The notes: generated from the letters alone by a model not told the origin. A stretch of DNA of 32,000 nucleotides from Flavobacteriaceae bacterium (GCA_965224465.1 OZ245049.1:1710001-1742000); one strand, 5' to 3'; numbered from the stretch's first letter, positions 21,463-28,456 are shown. Numbers and translations: made by a program.

Positions 21463-21927
21463 ATGGTAAAAGCAATATTAATAATAGAAGGAAAAGAAGT
21501 AAACGTACGTTGGTTTACCATCAATTTTAATCAAGGAGCAAATCCTAACGGCAGACCCTCACAGAAACCCATATTTGTAGGTTTAAAACTAATTATAGAA
21601 ACTAGAAAAGACCTAAATCTTACTGACTGGGCCTTTTCCTCTAGACAAACAAAACAGATAGTATTACATCTTAATTCCGTTATTGTGGGAGGCAAAACAA
21701 GAAAAATATTTTTCTATGACTGTCATCTTGTAAACTGGAAAACAAATTTTTCTTCTACAGGATCAGATCCAATGACGGAAACTTTAGAAATCACCTGTGC
21801 TGGTGTTGAAGATTCTAACTCGTTTGGTGTGTATTCTGCCTCTTGGAGAGAAACATTTCCTAATCTAGAAGAAAATAAAAACAATAACCAAATAATTGAA
21901 CTAAAAGTAAAAACTAATATATCATAA
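21463..21927 (+). CDS. Hcp/TssD-like tube protein (Bacteroidetes T6SS-iii type)
   Basis: 154 aa. MVKAILIIEGKEVNVRWFTINFNQGANPNGRPSQKP..GLKLIIETRKD...IFFYDCHLVNWKTNFSSTGSDPMTETLEITCAG follows the pattern I recall for Bacteroidetes TssD: K-A-x-L-x-I-x-G, x-F-x-Q-x-x-D/N-x-x-G-R/K-P, and a late PM..L.I.A motif. Confidence 0.62.
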   Translation: MVKAILIIEGKEVNVRWFTINFNQGANPNGRPSQKPIFVGLKLIIETRKDLNLTDWAFSSRQTKQIVLHLNSVIVGGKTRKIFFYDCHLVNWKTNFSSTGSDPMTETLEITCAGVEDSNSFGVYSASWRETFPNLEENKNNNQIIELKVKTNIS

Positions 21928-21928
21928 A

Positions 21929-23218
21929 ATGCCATATTTTATCCCTTTAGGAGTACCTGACTTTAACGGAAAAAAAGAAAGAGACTTTTTCCAGTTTACA
22001 TACGAAATAGAAGATAATGACGCTCTAGAATTACTTATAGAAATACGTGACGGCAGCAATGTTATATATAAAGAAAAAATAACAGATTGCTCAAAATTAA
22101 TCCAAGGAGAACATATTTGGCAATGGGACGGTTTTGATAATCATGGAATTTTAGACACTGCAAAATTCACTAATGCAAAAAGTTTAAATTTTTACGTCAC
22201 AGGAAAAGATGATGCTGGAAACTACGACCGATCTAAAACTGATTTTAAAGCAGAATATGACCAAGTAGATTGGGTAGATGTTAAAATTGATAAAGTCTCT
22301 AAACGTATTGACGTAACATTACGTGTAAATTTAACTGATGGAGGTGAAAAAGGAACTGAAACCAATTATAAATTCGAGAAAATAAGCCCAGGTGATTATC
22401 ACAATCCAAAACTATCGGCACCGAAAAAAATATATCCTTGGAGTAAAATCCCTAACAAAGCATTAGAATACTACGGAGAAACTCCTATAAAAACAAGAAC
22501 TAAAAGTTTTGAAGAATTAAAAGAAATGGTTCTAGATGGTATAAATATTTACTGGAGTCGACATCAAGGTAATATTGGTAAAAATATACAGATCAATAAT
22601 AAAAAATACGAAATTTTCGTGAATGCTATTAATATAACGGATTCTAATAAAAGTTTGGATGACATTCCTCTTATTTACAACACAAATAGTCCTTGGTCTA
22701 GATCTGGAAACACTGGAGGTAGCTACAGTGACGGGAATTTTGATGACGAAATAATGGGAATACTTCCTAATGGTTTAGTTCAACGAATTTCTTTCAATTC
22801 AGGCTATATTTATCATGATAATTGGAAATCATGGTACAAAGGACACTACATACATAAAACAAAAGGTTGGTTATTTAATTCGGAGGTTAATGAAACTAAA
22901 GACTTTGAAGAAACATCTGCTCACGAAATTGGACATGAAATACTTCAAGCTTACGCAGGAACAGTCTATTCGTGGCAACATAAAGGTAGTTCTTATTATT
23001 TACCTCAAGATATTAAACCTGTAGGAGAAGAAACTTTTAAAGAGGAATATATAAACATTGATTATATGGAAAACTCAAAGGGTGAAAACGTACCTACCAG
23101 TGGAGAAATTGACTTAATGAAATACTATAACGATTATTCTGATTACAAAAATAGAATTATAGCTAACGAAAAAGACGTACTCAGTTTATTATGGTTAACT
23201 AAACTAAATCTAAAATGA
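21929..23218 (+). CDS. putative secreted effector with a C-terminal HExxH zincin-like domain
   Basis: 429 aa with no signal peptide, starting 1 nt after the Hcp-like stop. The N-terminal segment has an FlgD-Ig-like signature (LIEIRDGSNVIYKEKI...GEHIWQWDGFDNHG). The C-terminal part has TSAHEIGHEILQAYAGTVYSWQHKGSS. HExxH plus a conserved His 14 residues later is also kept in the paralogue fragments at 26905 and 27670. Confidence 0.6.
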   Translation: MPYFIPLGVPDFNGKKERDFFQFTYEIEDNDALELLIEIRDGSNVIYKEKITDCSKLIQGEHIWQWDGFDNHGILDTAKFTNAKSLNFYVTGKDDAGNYDRSKTDFKAEYDQVDWVDVKIDKVSKRIDVTLRVNLTDGGEKGTETNYKFEKISPGDYHNPKLSAPKKIYPWSKIPNKALEYYGETPIKTRTKSFEELKEMVLDGINIYWSRHQGNIGKNIQINNKKYEIFVNAINITDSNKSLDDIPLIYNTNSPWSRSGNTGGSYSDGNFDDEIMGILPNGLVQRISFNSGYIYHDNWKSWYKGHYIHKTKGWLFNSEVNETKDFEETSAHEIGHEILQAYAGTVYSWQHKGSSYYLPQDIKPVGEETFKEEYINIDYMENSKGENVPTSGEIDLMKYYNDYSDYKNRIIANEKDVLSLLWLTKLNLK

Positions 23219-23670
23219 TATATATACTAATATTCACTTTTATCTTTTTTTCTATTTTACTAATAACTAACCCTTTGTTTAGAAAAAAAAGAATAATTTC
23301 AAAAATAATTATTTATATCATTTTCACTCTAGTAATCTTCTTAATTACCGTTTTATTTATAATGTATTTATGGAACACAAATATTGATTATCGCGAACAA
23401 AAGAAAATGATGAATTCTCATAATATTTATATTTTAAACACCCTAAATAACCCAATAAAAAACACAATAACAATACTTGAAAACAAAAACAACAAAGATA
23501 CAATTATATCAAATACTAATGGTTTTGTAAACTACAACAAAGTAAAAAACAAGACAATTATAATCCAAGCTAAAGGACATTTAACAAAGACAATAGCTGT
23601 CAATAAAATTAATAATGACACAATACGTCTAAAACAAATACAGACAAATAACCACCTACACAATAAGTAG
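23215..23670 (+). CDS. small two-TM membrane protein, putative cognate immunity protein
   Basis: ATGA overlap with the effector stop. Two hydrophobic helices (IYILIFTFIFFSILLITNPLF; IIIYIIFTLVIFLITVLFIMYLW) are followed by a ~90-aa beta-rich domain (NPIKNTITILENKNNKDTIISNTNGFVNYNKV...IIIQAKGHLTKTIAV). That domain resembles the CarboxypepD_reg-like pattern of the downstream lipoproteins. Confidence 0.5.
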   Translation: MIYILIFTFIFFSILLITNPLFRKKRIISKIIIYIIFTLVIFLITVLFIMYLWNTNIDYREQKKMMNSHNIYILNTLNNPIKNTITILENKNNKDTIISNTNGFVNYNKVKNKTIIIQAKGHLTKTIAVNKINNDTIRLKQIQTNNHLHNK

Positions 23671-23882
23671 GTAAAATACTGATATCCATCCATTTGATTC
23701 CGACTCAAAAGATGCTATCATCAGCATAATATAAATAACTGGGCTAATGTCTACTGGTCATAATAAATGTAGGCTATTTTTAGAGCTGAACTTAATTATT
23801 TTTTATACTACAAGGAACTCCTTTTAGGATTGTTTAAATGTAACAGCAGGGCAGAATAAACCTTTTATGAGGATTAAATAAA

Positions 23883-25008
23883 GCTTAAATTCAACTAATA
23901 AACGCAACTTTTCGATTTGATTCTATGATGGTTATATTTTCAAAACAGAAAAGTAGGAAAACCTACCTTTCTTGTCTTGATGGATATGTATCTTACGGTC
24001 TCAAATCTCGAAAAAAGAAGTTGTATGAAACACATCACCCAAGCGCAAAGATACACAATTTGTTGCATGTTAAAACAAGGTTATAAACAGGTTGAGATAG
24101 CAGCTGCTATAGGAAAAGACAAGTCTGTTATTAGCAAAGAGATTAAGCGTAATTCAGACAAAAGAAATGGAGTTTACAAGCATGAATTAGCCCAAAAAAA
24201 GTATGCTAAACGTCATAAAGAAAAGCCTAAAAGAAAACGCTTTACAGAAGATATTCAACAAGCAATAGAGTTGTTATTGCGAGACGATTATAGTCCTGAG
24301 CAAGTAGTTGGTGTCCTAAAAAAACAAGGTAAAGAAACGGTGTCTATTGAGCGTATATATCAGCATATTAGGGAAGACAAGAGGAATGATGGTGATTTAC
24401 ATACACACCTTCGCAGACAGGGAAGGAGATATAGAAAACGTGGCTCATCAAAGGATTCTAGAGGGGTTATAAAGAATCGTATTAGTATAGAACAACGCCC
24501 TGAAGTTGTTGAACAAAGAAATCGATTTGGAGATTTAGAGGTCGATTTAATCATAGGTAAAAACCATAATCAAGCCATACTTACCGTAAATGATAGAGCT
24601 TCTGGAATGCTTAAAATGAAAAAAGTAAGCTCTAAAGAAGCAGTTGTTGTCACTAAAGCTATCAATGAAATATTAGAAGACTGGAAGCCTTATCTACATA
24701 CTATAACAGCTGATAATGGAAAAGAATTTGCAGGCCATGAGCAGGTTGCAGAAAATTTATGTATTGATTACTTTTTTGCGCATCCATATCACTCTTGGGA
24801 AAGAGGATCTAACGAAAATTTAAATGGTTTGATTAGACAATATTTTGCCAAAGGAAGTGACTTTACAAACCTAACAGATCAAAGAATCAAAGAGGTAGAA
24901 ACAAAATTAAATAACAGACCTAGGAAGAGACATAAATATCAAAACCCTATATTTGTAATGGAACAATTATTATTTAACTAAAAGTTGCGTTTGTGACTTG
25001 AATTCAGC
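23883..25008 (+). mobile_element. IS30-family insertion sequence
   Basis: Imperfect ~29-bp terminal inverted repeats: GCTTAAATTCAACTAATAAACGCAACTTT (23883-23911) and the reverse complement of AAAGTTGCGTTTGTGACTTGAATTCAGC (24981-25008). A single transposase ORF lies inside. Confidence 0.8.
24025..24981 (+). CDS. IS30-family transposase
   Basis: N-terminal HTH (MKHITQAQRYTICCMLKQGYKQVEIAAAIGKDKSVISKEIKRN). DDE region (GDLEVDLIIG, ITADNGKEF, HSWERGSNENLNGLIRQY). The start is taken at the ATG at 24025 rather than the TTG at 23977. Confidence 0.88.
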   Translation: MKHITQAQRYTICCMLKQGYKQVEIAAAIGKDKSVISKEIKRNSDKRNGVYKHELAQKKYAKRHKEKPKRKRFTEDIQQAIELLLRDDYSPEQVVGVLKKQGKETVSIERIYQHIREDKRNDGDLHTHLRRQGRRYRKRGSSKDSRGVIKNRISIEQRPEVVEQRNRFGDLEVDLIIGKNHNQAILTVNDRASGMLKMKKVSSKEAVVVTKAINEILEDWKPYLHTITADNGKEFAGHEQVAENLCIDYFFAHPYHSWERGSNENLNGLIRQYFAKGSDFTNLTDQRIKEVETKLNNRPRKRHKYQNPIFVMEQLLFN

Positions 25009-25193
25009 AAGTGTTTAATTCTGCATTTTATTTTTAAAAAGCACTCCAAGTATTAAGTTCTCTGTTTTTATTAGTAGAAACCACAAACCCACGTTTACCA
25101 ATTAATATCATGTTTTAAAAACAGTACGATGAAGTTCAAAACTTTACAATAACTTAAAGAACAAAACTACATCGAAATTAAAACACAGAAACA

Positions 25194-25223
25194 CATACGC
25201 GTATAACATTTTTTCATATATTT
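25194..25223 (+). promoter_or_regulatory. second copy of the palindrome plus -7-box leader, now without a downstream Hcp gene
   Basis: ATACGCGTAT at 25194-25203 and TATATTTG at 25216-25223. About 140 bp (25185-25332) aligns with 21250-21395 upstream of the Hcp-like gene, then runs straight into repeat copy F. Confidence 0.3.
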
Positions 25224-25332
25224 GAACTGCATTTTAAAAAATAAACACGCCCTAATCATAAGCTAAACCAACTGTGAACTAAATAAATATGCTATCAAGT
25301 TTAGAATTGCTATTGTGAGAACATTGGGCATT

Positions 25333-25497
25333 ACACCAATTACAATCCAAAATAACCTATATAAATAGTTTATTTCACGTTATAGCATTGTTAAAAAAAA
25401 ATAAAATGACAGCTAAGGCTATCTATCCATTTTTCGCCTAGCTAAAACAACAAACAACTCCATTTCTAAACCGTTACTTGGAAATGTAGTTGGTATT
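25333..25497 (+). repeat. MITE-like dispersed repeat, copy F
   Basis: Starts ACACCAATTACAATCCAAAATAACCTATATAAATAG and ends CCGTTACTTGGAAATGTAGTTGGTAT. The left flank is the Hcp leader copy. The right flank is effector codons equivalent to ~aa 352 of the intact gene. Confidence 0.8.
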
Positions 25498-25707
25498 AAA
25501 CCTGAGAGGAAAGAATCATTTAAAGAAGAATATATTAATAGAGATTTTATGAAAGATACCTCAGGTGAGAACTCCCCTGATTCAGGAGCAATAGATTTAA
25601 TGAAATACTATAATAACGACCCAAAATATATTGATTATAAAAGGGCTAGTTCTTCGGAAAAAGACATTCTAGGTTTACTTTGGCTCACTAAATTAGATTT
25701 AAAATGA
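25497..25707 (+). pseudogene. orphan 3' fragment (~69 codons) of an HExxH-effector paralogue
   Basis: (I)KPERKESFKEEYINRDFMKDTSGENSPDSGAIDLMKYYNNDPKYIDYKRASSSEKDILGLLWLTKLDLK* aligns with DIKPVGEETFKEEYINIDYMENSKGENVPTSGEIDLMKYY...LLWLTKLNLK of the intact gene. There is no HExxH and no credible start codon. Confidence 0.75.
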
Positions 25708-26079
25708 AGTATATTGTATTATTAATTTTTATTTCTTTTTTTAGTTGTGAAAATAAAACAGAAACTAAAATAAAAGGCATTATCTATATCAATAAAGACC
25801 TTCCTGTTTTAAACATAGAAATTGGTTCAAAAATTATATTTTCACCTATGCATTCTAAGTATGCTAAAAGGGTAGATTTAGTTTTAAAAAAAAACGGAGA
25901 ATTTGAATTCGAAATAAAAAGAACAGAGATGAAAGGAGATAATAATTTTGCTGTCATTTTTAGAAAAAAAAGGATATAAAGATGAATACAGATTTATAGA
26001 CATTAGGAAGGGTGGAGAAATTAATTTAGATACAATCTTTTTAAAACAAACCGACAGTATAACGTTGCCTAATAACTAA
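25704..26079 (+). pseudogene. small lipoprotein (putative immunity, family 1), frameshifted at an A8 tract
   Basis: Near-identical to 20382-20755. It is in frame through the first A-tract (A9) but has A8 where the other copy has A7 (25964-25971). This gives a stop at 25979, and the remainder (KGYKDEYRFIDIRKGGEINLDTIFLKQTDSITLPNN*) reads in frame 1 to 26079. Confidence 0.7.
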
Positions 26080-26165
26080 GATTCGTGCGGTGCGTAGCGC
26101 TCAGAACGAACATAATGTTGACTATACCGACTCAAAAGATAATACTATGGGGATTTCCCGAAGTT

Positions 26166-26328
26166 ATACCAAAAAAAAAAACCGAAATAACTGATATAAA
26201 TAGTTTGTTTTAGGTTCTAGCGTAGTTGTAAAAAACAGAACAATAGCTAGGCTATCCATCCATTTTCCGCCTAGCTAAAACAAAAAATAATTTCATTTCT
26301 AAACCTTCACTTGGAAATGTAGTTGTAT
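26166..26328 (+). repeat. MITE-like dispersed repeat, copy G
   Basis: Starts ATACCAAAAAAAAAAACCGAAATAACTGATATAAATAG and ends CCTTCACTTGGAAATGTAGTTGTAT. It has a perfect internal stem TAGCTAGGC...GCCTAGCTA. Confidence 0.75.
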
Positions 26329-26372
26329 TACTTCAATTTATAAAGCATTACATATCTAAATAACACATCGTT

Positions 26373-26834
26373 ATGAAATACATATTAATCTTAATTATAC
26401 CATTCTTATTATTAGCATCTTGCGCTCACAACATTCCTATAGCAAATTTAAAATTTAATGAGATTAAAAAAAACAATGAAATCAACAATTATTATTCCTT
26501 AAACTTTTCATCAGATATAGAGCTTATTCATAATTTATCAGAAAAGCATACAATGGCAAGGTTTGATTGTTTTTTTAAAAACGGGAATATTGAACAAAAG
26601 GATTTCACAAACTATAACGGTTATGTATTAGTATCCGTTGGAGAATTAAAAAAAGCTTCAAATATTTCTTCAGCACAACTTTATAATTACACGGTGAATG
26701 TTACCTTTGATAAAAATAAAGGTGAATTTTTAGACGAGAAGGATATTCCTGAAATTATTAAATTACTCAATAAAAAACCAAAATATTTAAACTGTGCAAT
26801 CACAGCAGTAACATATTTACAAACTACAAAATGA
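26373..26834 (+). CDS. hypothetical lipoprotein (possible orphan immunity protein of a different family)
   Basis: Signal peptide and lipobox MKYILILIIPFLLLASC. I recognise no motif. It is embedded among the effector/immunity cassettes. Confidence 0.5.
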   Translation: MKYILILIIPFLLLASCAHNIPIANLKFNEIKKNNEINNYYSLNFSSDIELIHNLSEKHTMARFDCFFKNGNIEQKDFTNYNGYVLVSVGELKKASNISSAQLYNYTVNVTFDKNKGEFLDEKDIPEIIKLLNKKPKYLNCAITAVTYLQTTK

Positions 26835-26904
26835 TATATATCAAACACTATGTGCTTACCAAAAAAGGAATTGAAAAACCTGATAAAATAACGCTTTTAA
26901 ATAA

Positions 26905-27297
26905 CTAATTATTAGCGAAACACATAGCATCAAGCCTACACACCCTATTTCCGATGCCAACTCAAAAGAAGCTGATTTTGCAATTATGTACAGAACAAAA
27001 ATCATATATAACACCAATTACAATCCAAATCCTGAGGATAAAGAACTTAAATACACATCAGCTCACGAAATAGAGCATACAATATTAAAAGCTTACGGGG
27101 GAACATTTTATAGTTATGGACATAAAGGAAGTGTAAACACTTTTACCCAGACTGAAAGCTCAGACGCAGAAGAATACTCTAAAAAGGGAGAAATAGATAG
27201 TATGCCATATTACACAAATGTTGTTCCTTTAAGTCAGTACGAAAGGCTCTGTTCTGCGGAAAAAGATGCTATAAGTTTAATCTGGTTAACTAAATGA
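26905..27297 (+). pseudogene. orphan 5'-truncated HExxH-effector paralogue (divergent variant)
   Basis: The frame is open from 26905: ...ISDANSKEADFAIMYRTKIIYNTNYNPNPEDKELKYTSAHEIEHTILKAYGGTFYSYGHKGS...GEIDSMPYY...EKDAISLIWLTK*. It aligns with mid-region INITDSNKSLDDIPLIYNTN and the HExxH region of the intact gene. About 75 residues between these two regions are missing. Confidence 0.65.
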
Positions 27298-27665
27298 GAA
27301 TTAAAATGAGAAAATTCCTGTTTTTTATAGCTGTAGTTTATCTGATTCAGTGTAAATCAAATATAAATTACTACCAAGGCTTTATTTATGATATGAATAA
27401 TAATCCCGTAATAAATTTAAAAGTTTACGAAAAACACAATAAAGAAAATTATTCATTGACAAATAAAAAAGGATATTTTAAAATATATACAAAAAGGAAT
27501 AACATTAAACGATTTCTTTATGTTAAACTAAATGAGTCAAGAATTATTGATTCTATACAAATTACTGGAATTCAAGGAGGAGAACGAATTAAATATAGTT
27601 TTATCGAAGGAAGAAAAGATACATTATTTATAACATTGCCTAAACAACTAAATATTGCGCGCTAG
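27294..27665 (+). CDS. small lipoprotein, putative immunity protein (CarboxypepD_reg-like pattern)
   Basis: ATGA overlap with the upstream fragment. Lipobox LIQC (the start may be the second ATG at 27306). YQGFIYDMNNNPVINLKVYEK...TNKKGYFKIY resembles carboxypeptidase-regulatory-like beta-sandwich domains. Confidence 0.55.
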   Translation: MRIKMRKFLFFIAVVYLIQCKSNINYYQGFIYDMNNNPVINLKVYEKHNKENYSLTNKKGYFKIYTKRNNIKRFLYVKLNESRIIDSIQITGIQGGERIKYSFIEGRKDTLFITLPKQLNIAR

Positions 27666-27669
27666 GTAG

Positions 27670-28053
27670 TACTCAAGCCCCCTTGGAGATGGTAATGAAT
27701 GGTTCTATGATAAAATAGTTGATGCAAATGAAGAATATAAAGAAACCTCAGCTCATGAGATAGGTCATGAAATACTGCAAGCTTATGCGGGTAATGTGTT
27801 TTCTTGGCAACATAAAGGCAGCTCTTATTATATGCCTCAAGATAAAAAGCCAATAGGCAAAGAATCATTTAAAGAAGAATCTATTAATAGAGATTATATG
27901 GAAGAAACTAAAGGGGGAAATTACCCTCATAGTGGTGAAGAAATAGATTTAATGAAATACTTTCCCGAAACAAAACCCAATAATTTTTATGATAAACGTG
28001 TTGCAAATAAAAAAGATGTACTTGGGTTATTATGGCTTACAAAATTAAAATGA
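27670..28053 (+). pseudogene. orphan 5'-truncated HExxH-effector paralogue (close to the intact copy)
   Basis: The frame is open from 27670, directly after the preceding stop: GDGNEWFYDKIVDANEEYKETSAHEIGHEILQAYAGNVFSWQHKGSSYYMPQDKKPIGKESFKEESINRDYMEE...IDLMKYF...KKDVLGLLWLTKLK*. There is no ATG upstream of the HExxH. Confidence 0.7.
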
Positions 28054-28393
28054 AACTTATAATAATTTTTGCAGTATCATTTCTTACTTCATGTGTTGAA
28101 GACACCTTAAGAGATGAAGTAAAGGCTTGTGTTTACTATAAAAACGTCCCCGTTAAAGATGCTATAATATTAACATGGCAAGGCTATGAAAAAGGTTTTA
28201 CCAAGGAAACCTCTACAGACTCCTTAGGTTATTTTTATTTAAAAAAATCAGTAGATACAATTTAGGGTCAGAATCACGTACTATTTCTCAGAAATTTTTA
28301 ATTAAAAAAGAAGATTTAATATCCGATACTTTGTCAACACTTGATTATAGATGTATCGATAAAAAAAATGACACAATATATTTAAGAAAATAA
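28050..28393 (+). pseudogene. small lipoprotein (putative immunity), frameshifted at an A7 tract
   Basis: ATGA overlap; MKLIIIFAVSFLTSC lipobox. Frame 0 stops at 28265. With one extra A at 28241-28247 it would read GYFYLKKISRYNLGSESRTISQKFLIKKEDLISDTLSTLDYRCIDKKNDTIYLRK* to 28393, which parallels the C-terminal halves of the 27294 and 28457 proteins. Confidence 0.6.
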
Positions 28394-28456
28394 CGTCCCT
28401 AGCAATTGTAACCATTGCACAAAAGAATAAATTTGCCACACAAAATTAGAATTAAA

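Noticed and set aside
22815-23024. Alternative-frame 69-aa ORF inside the effector gene, and the 21723-21935 and 27662-27868 minus-strand ORFs
   Set aside because: They are embedded in or antisense to better-supported coding sequence and have no motifs.
23977-24024. TTG-initiated 16-codon extension of the IS30 transposase
   Set aside because: The ATG at 24025 begins the conserved MKHITQAQRY HTH region. The extension is probably non-coding IS leader.
28032-28049. ORF-track start MAYKIK for the 28032-28265 ORF, and the TTG start at 28415 for the last lipoprotein
   Set aside because: These codons belong to the upstream effector tail or its remnant. The ATGs at 28050 and 28457 give canonical lipoprotein signal peptides and reproduce the ATGA overlap seen in all other cassettes.
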